Notes: generated by a model not told the origin, from the letters alone. Shown: positions 12,027 through 25,278, numbered from the stretch's first letter. The stretch: DNA of 64,000 nucleotides from Octopus sinensis (GCF_006345805.1 NC_043024.1:18786001-18850000), one strand, 5' to 3'. A program made the numbers and translations.

Positions 12027-12371
12027 GATATGAAAGAAATTCAAAGAGCCACTCACATTGTTTATGGAATAACAAAATTCTTTTCATTATTCGAAGAAAA
12101 AATATATACATTCGGGAATAACTGTATACGAAATAATTTCTTATACTGGAAAATATATTTTATTTATCAGATTCTTGGAGAATTCTATTAAACCGAAGCT
12201 GTTTAATAAGACTAAAATTCGTTCTGGGACCAGTAATAGAAGGAAATTGCCTTGAACAATGGTAACTCCGAGAATTAGAGAATTTCCAATTCTGTGAAAG
12301 TTACCAGATAAAAGTATTTCAATGATGTTAAACTAAGATTAAAATGCTTAACTTTATTGGTCTTTGTGATA

Positions 12372-12419
<48 letters not shown>

Positions 12420-12468
12420 AATAAACATATATATATATATATATACACACACATATACATAAATAAAC

Positions 12469-12501
<33 letters not shown>

Positions 12502-12557
12502 CGTAAATAAACATATTATATATATACATATATATTTATGTATATATACATACATAT

Positions 12558-12592
<35 letters not shown>

Positions 12593-12959
12593 CATACATA
12601 CATATATACATACATATATATATACATACATATATACATACATATATACATACATACATACATACATATATACATACATACATACATACTTACATATATA
12701 CATACATATATATATTTATACATATGCATAAATAAACATATATATATATATATATATAAACATAAACAAATATATGTATGTGTATGTATATATGTGTATG
12801 CTGGCGTGGCTGTATGGTAAGAAGCTTGTTTCCCAATCTCATGGTTTCCAGGTTCAATCCCACTGTGTAACACCTTGGACAAGTGTCTTCTACTATAGCC
12901 TTGGGCCAACCAAAGCCTTGTGAGTGGATTAGGTAAACAGAATCTGAAAGAGCTCATTG

Positions 12960-13530
12960 TATGAAGACAAGTTAAATATCATTCGCACTTTCGCCATTAC
13001 ATATCTTATTATTGTCACACGGCCTTCTGCACATGTATGCTTATAGTTGGTACTATTGTGGTCAAGTGGTCGAAGTTTGAGCCTGATCATGCCATTTTTC
13101 TTTCTGGTTTTACAGTGTAAGCATGGCCGCTCCACTACAAATGCGCACCAAAGAAGAACTAAGAGCAGTGATCCGATTTCTAAGGCTGGAAAGTGTGTCA
13201 GGTGCTGAAATTCAGCAGAGGTTTTTAGCACAATACGGGGACAGTGCATTACTGCGTAGAAGTGTGTATGAGTGGACTGAGAAGTTTAAAAGATGCCGGG
13301 CAAGAATGACACACGGAGAGGGAACAAGACACCCGTCAACCTCGACGACTGGCGAGAAGATTCAGCAAACGATGTGACAAAGTGGATAATACAGCAAGAT
13401 GTTTCAAAATTGGTGAAAATATATTTGTGAGGGCATATAAGAATGGTAAACAAAGTTTGGAAGACGGCGTGATTACCAAACGCATATGAAAAATGCTTAA
13501 CTTGATAAAAAGAAGAAAATGGGTATACAA
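12960..13530 (+). mobile_element. Deleted mariner with intact-looking N-terminal HTH (copy 1)
   Basis: ORF 13123-13377 MAAPLQMRTKEELRAVIRFLRLESVSGAEIQQRFLAQYGDSALLRRSVYEWTEKFKRCR...RHPSTSTT; no DDD domain. Confidence 0.85.
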
Positions 13531-14173
13531 GAGACGCATGAATCAACTAAAAACAAAAGATTTGTTCAGAACGAACCCAAGAGAATGGAAGAACCAAAGG
13601 AATGGTTATATGACACTTTTCAAGTACCAACTCCACTACAAATAATTGGATCCAGACGCATAAGCGAAAGAAAAAGAAAATGTACGGAGTTCCTGGAAGT
13701 GGACACCAAACAAAAAATATTAAATTTGCCATTGTGTGAAAAAAACAACAAAAAACTCAGAAAAGGGAAGTGGGTAATGTAAAAATTATTGTTAATAAAA
13801 AGAAATAAAATTACACTCCCTAAGAAAAAATTCAATAGGAGATGTTGCGGGGATAATAATAATAATGGAACACTCCTCCCACGTGACAAGTGGTATGTGC
13901 TAGTCGTTACAAGTACTGTGATGTAGAAAGTTGAGAGGTTGGCAAGTCGTTCATAGATAGTCGTATCTTACTTGTCCAAGTATACTGCTATACCAGAGTG
14001 GACGTTACAAGACACAAAGGTACACACACACACCTATATATATATAGGTGTGTGTGCGTGTGTACGTATATATATATATGTATAATATATATATATATAT
14101 TATATATACATATACGTAAATAAACATATATATATATATATACATATATATTTATGTATATATACATACATAT

Positions 14174-14206
<33 letters not shown>

Positions 14207-14609
14207 CATACATACATATATACATACATATATATATACATACATATATACATACATATATACATACATACATACATACATATATACATACATACATACA
14301 TACTTACATATATACATACATATATATATTTATACATATGCATAAATAAACATATATATATATAATATATATATACATAAATAAACATATATATATATAT
14401 ATATATAAACATAAACAAATATATGTATGTGTATGTATATATGTGTATGCTGGCGTGGCTGTATGGTAAGAAGCTTGTTTCCCAATCTCATGGTTTCCAG
14501 GTTCAATCCCACTGTGTAACACCTTGGACAAGTGTCTTCTACTATAGCCTTGGGCCAACCAAAGCCTTGTGAGTGGATTAGGTAAACAGAATCTGAAAGA
14601 GCTCATTGT

Positions 14610-15180
14610 ATGAAGACAAGTTAAATATCATTCGCACTTTCGCCATTACATATCTTTATTATTGTCACACGGCCTTCTGCACATGTATGCTTATAGTTGG
14701 TACTATTGTGGTCAAGTGGTCGAAGTTTGAGCCTGATCATGCCATTTTTCTTTCTGGTTTTACAGTGTAAGCATGGCCGCTCCACTACAAATGCGCACCA
14801 AAGAAGAACTAAGAGCAGTGATCCGATTTCTAAGGCTGGAAAGTGTGTCAGGTGCTGAAATTCAGCAGAGGTTTTTAGCACAATACGGGGACAGTGCATT
14901 ACTGCGTAGAAGTGTGTATGAGTGGACTGAGAAGTTTAAAAGATGCCGGGCAAGAATGACACACGGAGAGGGAACAAGACACCCGTCAACCTCGACGACT
15001 GGCGAGAAGATTCAGCAAACGATGTGACAAAGTGGATAATACAGCAAGATGTTTCAAAATTGGTGAAAATATATTTGTGAGGGCATATAAGAATGGTAAA
15101 CAAAGTTTGGAAGACGGCGTGATTACCAAACGCATATGAAAAATGCTTAACTTGATAAAAAGAAGAAAATGGGTATACAA
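14610..15180 (+). mobile_element. Deleted mariner HTH (copy 2, from the tandem duplication)
   Basis: ORF 14773-15027 is identical to 13123-13377. Confidence 0.85.
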
Positions 15181-15717
15181 GAGACGCATGAATCAACTAA
15201 AAACAAAAGATTTGTTCAGAACGAACCCAAGAGAATGGAAGAACCAAAGGAATGGTTATATGACACTTTTCAAGTACCAACTCCACTACAAATAATTGGA
15301 TCCAGACGCATAAGCGAAAGAAAAAGAAAATGTACGGAGTTCCTGGAAGTGGACACCAAACAAAAAATATTAAATTTGCCATTGTGTGAAAAAAAACAAC
15401 AAAAAACTCAGAAAAGGGAAGTGGGTAATGTAAAAATTATTGTTAATAAAAAGAAATAAAATTACACTCCCTAAGAAAAAATTCAATAGGAGATGTTGCG
15501 GGGATAATAATAATAATGGAACACTCCTCCCACGTGACAAGTGGTATGTGCTAGTCGTTACAAGTACTGTGATGTAGAAAGTTGAGAGGTTGGCAAGTCG
15601 TTCATAGATAGTCGTATCTTACTTGTCCAAGTATACTGCTATACCAGAGTGGACGTTACAAGACACAAAGGTACACACACACACCTATATATATATAGGT
15701 GTGTGTGCGTGTGTACG

Positions 15718-15749
<32 letters not shown>

Positions 15750-15750
15750 T

Positions 15751-16047
15751 ATGAGGGGAAGTCAAAAATTATTCACACTTTCGCCATAGCATATCCTTAT
15801 TATTGTCACACCCGCTTCTGTGCATGCGTGTATATAATTGGTATTGTTGTGGTCATACAACCGAAGTTTGAGCCTGATCATGCCATTTTTCTTTCTGGCT
15901 TGACAGAAAGATCATGCCATTTTTCTTTCTGGCTTGACAGTGTGAGCATGTCCACAAACAATGTCATGAAAGAAAAACAAAAAGTAGTGATCCGAGAGAT
16001 GGTAATGGTGAGTCAGTTCACCATTGTCATCTCACATGCTTGCTGAA
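15751..16047 (+). mobile_element. 5' end of a related mariner
   Basis: TA-TGAGGGGAAGTCAAAAATTATTCACAC TIR-like start; homologous to 12960-13140. Confidence 0.65.
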
Positions 16048-16640
16048 TCTTATTTCTTTATTGTCCACTAGGGACTAAACACAGAGGGGACAGACAAGGA
16101 CAGACAAAGGGATTAAGCCGATTACATCGACCCCAGCGCGTAACTGGTACTTAATTTATCGACCCCGGAAGGATGAAAGGAAAAGTCGACCTTGGCGGAA
16201 TTTGAACTCAGAACGTAACGGCAGACGAAATACTTATTTCTTTACTACCCACAAGGGGCTAAACAAGGACAGACAAACGGATTAAGTCGATTATATCGAC
16301 CCCAGTGCGTAACTGGTACTTATTTAATCGACCCCGAAAGGATGAAAGGCAAAGTCGACCTTGGCGGAATTTGAACTCAGAACGTAACGGCAGACGAAAT
16401 ATCTATTTCTTTACCACCCACAAGGGGCTACACACAGAGAGGACAAACATGTACAGACAAAGGGATTAAGTCGATTACATCGACCCCAGTGCGTAACTGG
16501 TACTTATTATTTAATCAACCCTGAAAGGATGAAAGGCAAAGTCGACCTCTGCGGAATTTGAACTCAGAACCTAAATACAGACGAAATATTGCTAAGCATT
16601 TCGCCCGGCGTGCTAACACTTCTGCCAGCATGCCGCCGTA
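16048..16640 (-). mobile_element. Nin/Deu-domain tRNA-SINE (family C): one head plus three tandem ~180-bp bodies
   Basis: Minus strand: head GGCGGCATGCTGGCAGAAGTGTTAG; each unit has B box GAGTTCAAATTCC and GTCGAC..TTTCATCCTTTCGGGGTCGATAAATTAAGTACCAG. Confidence 0.8.
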
Positions 16641-18170
16641 AGTAAAAGATAAACATTGTAAATAAAGTTATGAACCTTCACCATATATTGACTATAGAGA
16701 AGAGCTTAATATTAGGGGAGATGAACGCACGTGACAGGAAAATATGGACATTAATACACATAGGAATTGAACTCACATCTCTTGCTGACCAATTGCACCA
16801 ATATGCTCTCCGTTAAAATTAGGAACTATGATTTCAAAGCAGTAAATATGTAAACGTGTGAATTCCGCATGAATTAGGCAATGGTGCGACGAAAATTTCG
16901 TAAATAGATTTATAAGCTTTTGCAGTCTATAGAAAATAATCGAATATTCAGGTATATCATGATATACAAACACTGTAACGTGCACGAATGCCTATTTGCC
17001 CTGTCACAGGGTTTGTGTGCCTTAATATTAGGCAATTTTTTAAAGCCAATGTATACGGTAAAGGCTCATAATTCTATTTACAATCTTTCAATCGGTTCCA
17101 TTTTTTTGTATAATTTGCATTTTGGCTGTCCTTACAGTCTCCCTGCATTTGTGAATTCCTTTATTTTTTATAGAATACTGACACACTCAGCTCTTATAAC
17201 TTCGTGTACAAAATGGTCTCACATTCCAAAAGCTATCATTTAGCATTATAAAAAGGCAGTATCTTTTGTCATGGGTCTCTTAGCTTAATGGATCAGAGCG
17301 CTCAGCTGCAATTTGAGATGTGCAGGATTCGATTACTTGTGGACATTTGCAGGACAGTTGTTTTTCCATATTTTTAAAAGGTTATTTACCTGATTTTCTA
17401 AGCTGTCCTCACAGCCTTCCTGCAATCATTAATTCCTTTATAAAAAATACTGATACTTGCAGTGTTTATAAGTTTGTTTACAAAGTGTTCTCATATACAG
17501 ATATATGTAAAAATATGTATACAAGTTATGAGGAGTTGAGGTCAAGGTAACACAAACTAAGGATCTTTTCCTTTTGAACGGCAGTTTTCAACACAATTTC
17601 CAGTTAACTAAACACTTTTTAACTTCGTATACTGGTAGAATGTGTCAAAATAAAACATTTTTTCTCTTGGCTTTCTTGAGAAAATTGTAATTTGTAAGTT
17701 TAACGTAGTTTAATTATTCGAATTTTAACCAATCGATGGCCTCTATTGAGCTAAAATCATTTGCTGCGTCTAAAACTGAGACGTATATCCAAATTTGGCC
17801 AAATGTGTTTTCTTTTACAATATTTATTTTTGCTTGAAGTAGCCGGTTCTTTTGGTCAAACTATCGTATCTCCAGTTGCTTCAGATGCCAAGATGTGAAA
17901 AATTGTCAAAGTGTAGTATAACGGTTTTGCTATGGAAAGGTGAAACTATTTTTTCGTTTTCAGAAAAAGCAACGTTTTGGACTTACTATTCTTTTTCATA
18001 ATAGCAATGGCATATTCTCTTTTACTCTTTAACACATTTTAGTCATTTGACTGTAACCATGCTGGAATGCTGCCTTTAGTCGAAGAAATCAACCCAAAGA
18101 CATATTCTTTGTAAGTTTAGTACTTATTCTATTCTATATGTATGCACGTACATATGTATGTACTTGTGTA

Positions 18171-18222
<52 letters not shown>

Positions 18223-18242
18223 GTACAATTACTCGATAGTCA

Positions 18243-18305
18243 AGATAAAACTCTGAGTTTCAGATGCCGAAGTGGAAATCCACAACACCATCTCTTCGGT
18301 TATCT
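18243..18305 (-). ncRNA. Type I hammerhead-like motif (U4C core)
   Basis: AGAUAA / CCGAAGA / GAUG..(GUGG:CCAC hairpin)..CAUC / U / GAAA / CUCAGAG / UU / UUAUCU; all three stems pair; one unpaired U before GAAA. Confidence 0.7.
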
Positions 18306-19539
18306 GGCCATCTGAAAAAACGCTATGAAAAAATACCGTTATATAAAGGGAAATTACTGTGTTATAATTCTGCTACTTATATAAAATAAGATTAAAATTT
18401 CATAGTCTAGTCATACGCTCACATGTGCGCTCGCGGACCCACGTGCGTACTTATACGTCACTATGAAAACGTACACATCTTCACTCGCATTTTTCGCCAA
18501 ATATATACGCATATATATACAAACTCATACACACACACATGCGTACCGTAAAAGTTCATACATACGTCTATATACGCACAAGCACAAGAAAAACCATGGT
18601 TAAGGGTAACAGAAACAAAAAACAAAAGGAAGTATACAAAGCATAAAAACCACGTTCATATACGGACATGCCCTTATGCACTCATACACACACACGCCCA
18701 TATATGTACATACCCGCACATGTTTATATACGCATACATACACACGCATATACGAAAAAAGAATATACATATGCCCCCCCACCAAAAAAAACCTTAAAAA
18801 ATGGAAAAATACTAAGTAAAAACGTCTATATATATATGCATTCTTATGCCCGCACACACGCACACATCTAAAACTGCCCACTCATACATATTCACACACG
18901 TGTACAAATAAATCTATATACACGTCTATATATATATATATGTAGTGAAGTGATCCTATACAACAGCGCGCGCGCGCGCAACGCCCTCTCGCGAATACAC
19001 GAAGTCCGAAAGAGGGAATTTTGCTGACGTGGCCTTAGCTGACAGCCTTGCTGACGTGGCCTTAGGCAAGGGAGCGTGAGCCTTAACAAAGAGGCAAGGG
19101 AGCGTAAAGGTTGACCATTAGCGTCCGACAGACAGCGGCAGGCATTTCACCAAAGCAGACGTTTAATTCGCTCTCTCTCCGGTTTTGATAGCAGCAGTCT
19201 TTTGGCCGAAGACATTTAACCTGAATTGTTGCAGACATCATCTTCTTCCTCCGGACGCCATTTTGACCCGTTCTGTTTTTTAGCGGCTGAACATTGTAAA
19301 TATTACAATCGATTAACTTTCAGCCTTGCGCGCCCAGAACCAAGGACATCAGATATACCACTGATTTCTCACCGGTATAAAACAATAAAGTATATCTATT
19401 TTTTTACGTCTGCGTTTTGTGTTTCTTTGACTGGTAGAGTCTGGATATAAAAGCAACGGAAAGTGATTGCACCAACTTGCACCTCAAAAGTGCAAGAGGA
19501 GATATTCACATATTCCTTACATATATATCAAGAACTCGG

Positions 19540-20365
19540 CTTTCTCACACTTGAAAATCAACATACTGATAGCAGACTTAGGATAATAAATAACTTATCC
19601 CCCTTATGCGAAACCTATGAAACAAAGAAACGTGTACTGAACTTTATGCACCACATGCAAGTTCTCTGGACATGATCAGAAAGATAGGGTTAGGAGATGT
19701 AGGGGTGCTAGAAAGAAGTTAGATAGCATTATATATAATGAAACCAGTGGTGCCCGCCCTTGATACAGAGGTAAAGACTGGAATAAGATACAGAGAGTTT
19801 GTGACAAAGCAAACAGGGTAAACACATGGTACAAAGCCGACAAATATCAAGGAGTGAGGTTTGTAGAGGCCACAGCCCATGGAGAACTGGCCTAAAGATT
19901 TAGGACAACTTTGAAGGGGACTAAACTCAATATCAAAGATCGTTGAAAAACTGGGGAGCTCCATCAGATTACAGTTATGTAGGACGTACCCCTTTGAGAA
20001 TACCACATGCACCATTGAAAACTGCATGGTATGTAGGATTAGCCCTGGCATTAGCTGTAGAACTAGAAATGTAGTCTACAGCAGTAGGTGCTTAGCGGGT
20101 GCTTAGAAAGACAAGAATATGACATACATTGAGGAGACATCTCGAAGCATTGCGGAGAGGTTAAATGAACCTTTGAGACAATATAACAACAAAATCAGTC
20201 CTCCATACTCTACCAACATATCAAAGACCAGCATAGAGGCAATTTGGTTCAACTTGACATCTGCATTTTATCCACGCACCTGAAGAACCCAACACTCAAA
20301 CAAATACAGGAGTACGTCCTCATAAATAAAACATCCCCAGTACTAAATAGGAAATACACGTAGAA
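19540..20365 (+). pseudogene. Penelope-like element C-terminal/GIY-YIG remnant
   Basis: ...CTIENCMVC...SCRTRNVVYSSRC...TYIEETSRSIAERLNE...SILYQHIKDQH...LNRK, with stops and frameshifts. Confidence 0.8.
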
Positions 20366-20911
20366 GGTAGTGATATCCTAATAACCACAGTTTATATATA
20401 CACTAGTAGATTTGTTGGTAGGTTGTTATGTAGACGAATGTATATAGAGAGATGTAGGCAAATGGATATATACGGTAACAGATACATAAGTAGATAGATA
20501 GGTCCATAAGTAATACGGCCAGACAAGCACACACACATACATACACAAAAGAAGATGGAAACTCATGACCATATACAAAGTCGAACACTCACACATACAC
20601 AGGCACATATGGAGACACATCCATACATAACAGACGCATATACATAGTCACACAAATCCATACACATAGACACACTCAAACACGCACATATATATACATA
20701 AATATTTGTATACATGCACACTGATACACACAATATACGCACAAACAAACAAAAAGAATGCAGTCCCGATAACGGACTGAGTCAACAGTTATTGAAGAGG
20801 TTGCAAGAAGCAACGAAAATTTTAGGGAAAAATAATAATAAATGAATAGAAACTGAGCCAGTGAGTGTGTTAATTAATAAGGCATTAAAACAGAATGACT
20901 CACTCAGACCA

Positions 20912-20959
<48 letters not shown>

Positions 20960-20970
20960 TATATATATAT

Positions 20971-21370
20971 AGGCGCAGGAGTGGCTCTGTGGTAAGTAGC
21001 TTGCTTACCAACCACGTGTTCCGGGTTCAGTCCCACTGCGTGGCATCTGGGCAAGTGTCTTCTGCTATAGCCCCGGCCGACCAATGCCTTGTGAGTGGAT
21101 TTGGTAGACGAAACTGAAAGAAGCCTGTCGTATATATGTATATATATATGTTATGGTGTGTGTATATGTTTGTGTGTCTGTGTTTGTACCCCTAGCATTG
21201 CTTGACAACCGATGCTGGTGTGTTTATGTCCTCGTCACTTAGCGGTTCGGCAGAATAAGTATTGGGCTTACAAAGAATAAGTCCCGGGGTCGATCTGCTC
21301 GACTAAAGGCGGTGTTCCAGCATGGCCGCAGTCAAATGACTGAAACAAGTAAAAAAAAAAGAGAAAAGAG
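20971..21370 (+). mobile_element. Family A SINE (full length)
   Basis: AGGCGCAGGAGTGGCTCTGTGG...GGGTTCAGTCCC...GAAACAAGTAAAA tail. Confidence 0.9.
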
Positions 21371-21388
21371 AATATATATATATATATA

Positions 21389-21785
21389 TCTTTATATATA
21401 AAAGTGAAGTTGTGTGTCTGTCTCCTACGATTTAGATTCCTAACTACTCCCACATTTTGCGGTGCAGTTTAACCAAAACCGGGTATCTTATAGTCGTGAT
21501 TCATATCGAGCCCTTCTGGGTATTAGCGCGCATCTACGATGAGTCTACGATTTAAAAAAAAATTTACCATCATTTTTTTCCTTTTAATGCATTTTTTCGC
21601 TATTATATAAGGGAAGTAACTCTCTAAAAATATCTACGATGAGTCAACGATTTAAAAAAAAATTTACCATAATTTTTTTTCCATTTTTAATGCATTTTTT
21701 TGCTATTTTTTGGCTATAACTCTCTAAAAATGCTTATATAGTTATTTCCCTTACAAACCCGAGCAACGCCGGGCGATACTGCTAG
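21389..21785 (+). mobile_element. Non-autonomous Helitron
   Basis: A|TC 5' end at 21389, subterminal hairpin CCCGAGCAACGCCGGG, CTAG|T 3' end at 21782-21785. Confidence 0.85.
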
Positions 21786-22085
21786 TTATATATATAAAGT
21801 GCTTTTCCAGCATGGCTGTAGTGCAATGAATGAAACGAGTAAAAGATAAAATAAATAAAACCAAAATGGACTCTACCTATTTGTAAGAAAAAAAAAAGAT
21901 CTAATAGGTTATATAATCAAGACAGAGAATAACAAGTTGTAAATGGAATAGAAGAATCTCACTGACAATTAAATTAAATCACACTTTAGCTAAAGTCCTC
22001 CTATGTACCATAAAGAAAACTTGTGCTATAAAATGTGAGAAACTGCGATTAGAAAATATATCACACAAGGTGGAAAACTTTCTCC

Positions 22086-22128
<43 letters not shown>

Positions 22129-22129
<1 letters not shown>

Positions 22130-22527
22130 TAGCAGTATCGCCCGGCGTTGCTCGGGTTTGTGAGGGAAATAACTATATAAGCATTTTTAGAGATGTAAAG
22201 TATAATAGCCATCTCAATATAGCTAACACAAAGGGGGGTGTTACTGTAGCTTTTTACGTTCTGAGATTTAATAATACATTTTAAAGAGTTACTTCCCTTA
22301 TATAATAGCAAAAAAAATGCATTAAAAAATGGGAAAAAATGATGGTAATTTTTTATTTAAATCGTAGACTCATTGTAGACGCGCGCTAATACCCAGAAGG
22401 GCGCGATATGAATTACGACTATAAGATACCCGGTTTTGGTTACACTGCACCGCAAAATGTGGGAGTAGTTAGGAATCTAAATCGTAGGAGACAGACAGAC
22501 AGACAACCTCACTTTTATATATAAAGA
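22129..22527 (-). mobile_element. Non-autonomous Helitron (same family)
   Basis: CTAG at 22129-22132, same hairpin, 5' TC at 22527-22526; homologous to 21389-21785. Confidence 0.85.
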
Positions 22528-22609
22528 TATACAAACACAGATATGCACACAGAAATGTATTCTATTCTTTTACTTGCTTCAGTCATTTAACTGCAGCCAT
22601 GCTGGAGCA

Positions 22610-22987
22610 CTGTGCTAGTAGGGTGCCAAGAGCACCATCCGAGCGTGATCGTTGCCGGAGCAGCCAACTGCTTCCGTACCGGTGGCACGTAAAAGGGCAC
22701 CATTCGAGTGTGATCGTTACCAACGTCGCCTTACTGGCACCTGTGCCGGTGGCATGTGTAACAAGATTGGAGCGAGGTCATTGCCAGTACCGCCTGACTG
22801 GCTCCCGTGCCGGTGGCACGTAAAAAGCACCCACTACACTCTCGGAGTGGTTGGCGTTAAGAAGGGCATCCAGTTGTAGAAAACTCTGCCAGATCAAGAT
22901 TGGAGCCTGGTGCAGCCATCTGGTTCGCCAGCCCTCAGTCAAAATCGTCCAAACCATGCTAGCATGGAAAGCGGACGTTAAACGATG

Positions 22988-22990
<3 letters not shown>
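22610..22990 (+). mobile_element. RTE 3'UTR copy (family B)
   Basis: GTGCCGGTGGCACGTAAAA subrepeats, GAAGGGCATCCAG, ...GGACGTTAAACGATGAT tail. Confidence 0.85.
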
Positions 22991-23048
<58 letters not shown>

Positions 23049-23317
23049 ATATACTAGCAGAGATACCCGGCGTTGCCCGGTTACATTCAATTGAAGAATT
23101 AGACTTTTCTGTTATATATATATGAATACACACACACATACACACATACACACATATATATATGTATATTAATATAAATGCATGAAAGTACATGAAGTTT
23201 GTTTAAAAAAAGAGATCATGTATATACCTCCTGGCTGTTGAGATTATAACACCTCGTTGTAAACAATGTTCCTTGTTTTTCCTTGTGTAGCATATACAAA
23301 AAGGTTTCTTTTGGTTC

Positions 23318-23710
23318 CTACTCTTGAGCAGCCAACATACAGTTGCCCATGCGAGAAGCAGGGTCTTCCAAGAGAAGACCAGCTACAAGAGGGTTTGACC
23401 TGAGATTTGTTAATGGACATGGCAAAGCTGACACGAAGGGGAATTGCAGTCTTCTGAATGTAAATGAAATTTCTGCTCCTGATGGAGTAGAAGGAAATCT
23501 TGGAATAAAGACGTCATCAGCTTTTCCACACCCAGAAAGAATGATCGCCTCGATAACGTGTGACATCATTTTCTTTGCCGCCAGTCGTGTTCCATTGCAA
23601 AGTCTTGGTGGTTCCAGATTGTGGAGTAGCATTACAGATGTTCCAACTTTAAGTGCTAATATGTGTGGAGGGAGTCCAGGAGGCTCCAGTGAATTGAGAA
23701 ATTCCTCCAC
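23318..23710 (-). pseudogene. Helitron PIF1-like helicase C-terminal fragment
   Basis: [41 protein letters not shown]...[19 protein letters not shown]...FRRLQFP, then a frameshift before the expected [10 protein letters not shown] motif. Confidence 0.9.
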
Positions 23711-24389
23711 CACCACCACCACCACCCCACCACCACCACCACCACGTCACCACCACCACCACCACCACCACCGTCACCACCACCACCGTCACCACCACCA
23801 CCACCACCACCACCACCACCAACAACAACAACAACGACAACAATGATATCGTCGTTTTGCCGTCTACCATAACTGCCAACAACAACACCACTACTACAAC
23901 CTCAACCACTACAAGTGACACCAACACTACCACCAACACTACCACCAACACTACCACCAAAAACAAATCCAATTTTGCACAAGCGTTAAAAATAAAAAAA
24001 GACAAAACTAAACTTCAAAAGTTTGTGTTCGGATAATATTTTTTATGTAAAAGTTGTGCAACAAATAAAACATTCGGTTGTGCAAATTCTTTGCACGGGA
24101 AACCTTCCCTGTGTGGCGTGTTTCCCGATTTTGTAGAATTTGCTTTCGGCTTTCTTAGCCATTTCTGTTTTGGCGACTTCAAAGCCATGAAGTCGTTGCT
24201 CTAAAAGAAGGCTCCTTGACAACGCTTACGACGTTGATTTCCCTACCCTGCCTTCCCCACAGCTTCATGAAGAAGGGAGGAAGGGGAGGAGCAACACAGG
24301 TGCAGGTGCGAGCATTGGACGCCAACTCCGCCACCGACAAAAATTGGAAGAACACAGACGACAGCTTCACAGTCAAAGGACAACTCTGC

Positions 24390-25000
24390 CACCAACACCA
24401 CCATCATCACCACGATGACCACCAACACCACCACCACCACCATCACCATGACCACCACCATGACCACCACCACCACCATCACCACTACCACTACCACCAC
24501 CACCACCATCACCACCATCATGACGACCACCACCATCACCACTACCACCACGACCACGACCACCACCATGACCACCACCATGACCACCACCATGACCACC
24601 ACCACCATGACCACTACCACCATCACAACCACCACCACCATCACGACGACCACCACGACGACCACCACTACCATCATCACCACCATCACTACGACCACCA
24701 CCACGACCACCATCATCATCACCACCACCACTACCACCACGACCACCACGACCACCATGACCACCACCACCATGACCACCACCACCATGACCACTACCAC
24801 CACCACCATGACCACTACCACCATCACCACCACCACCACCATCACCACGACCACCACTACCATCATCACCACCATCACTACGACCACCACCACGACCACC
24901 ATCATCACCACCACCACTACTACTATGACCACCACCACGACCACCACGACCACCACTACCATCATCACCACCATCACCACGACCACCACCACCACCATCG
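24390..25000. repeat. Compound (CAC)n/(CAT)n/(GAC) microsatellite
   Basis: Poly-H/T/V ORFs are read-through of the triplet repeat. Confidence 0.95.
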
Positions 25001-25278
25001 TATTAATAGTTTCAGTATTAAAGTGAAAGTGTCTGCATTACAATAGAGAGATTTTTGGTTTTTGTTTCACTTTTAACACGTAATACTGAAATAGTGGAGA
25101 AGATATGATATAGCTGTGGGGTCACCCTAGGGAAAAAGTTAAGATTTTTTTTGCCGTTGACATTCCCCGGACCTTAAGTAAGGCATGTGTAAAATTTCAA
25201 TGAAATTGGTTGTGTAGTTCTCAAGTTTTAGGGAAACACACAGACAGACAGACAGACATCCTCAGTTTTATATATATA

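Larger units (their letters stand above)
12410..15730. repeat. Near-identical tandem duplication, period 1650 bp
   Basis: ORFs repeat at +1650 (13123/14773, 13519/15169); junctions lie in (AT)n/(ATAC)n. Confidence 0.95.
23054..25278 (-). mobile_element. Deleted Helitron carrying a PIF1-type helicase fragment
   Basis: 3' CTAG at 23054-23057 with CCGGGCAACGCCGGG hairpin; 5'-type end (...GACAGACATCCTCAGTTTTATATATA) near 25278; helicase fragment on the same strand. The extent is inferred. Confidence 0.7.

Noticed and set aside
10905-12111. Long poly-Y/L/N/I ORFs
   Set aside because: Read-through of (AAT)n; open in several frames on both strands.
13519-13782. 87-aa ORF downstream of the mariner fragment
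   Set aside because: No recognisable domain; its stop position differs between the duplicate copies through a homopolymer indel.
19280-19370. Minus-strand hammerhead (CUGAUGU-CCUUG..CAAGG-CU-GAAA)
   Set aside because: A9 is missing and stems I and III do not pair.
20971-21050. tRNA genes at SINE heads
   Set aside because: A/B boxes are present, but they continue into SINE bodies with no complete cloverleaf.
24216-25046. His-rich 276-aa ORF (metal-binding protein)
   Set aside because: A triplet microsatellite inside a Helitron, open in several frames.
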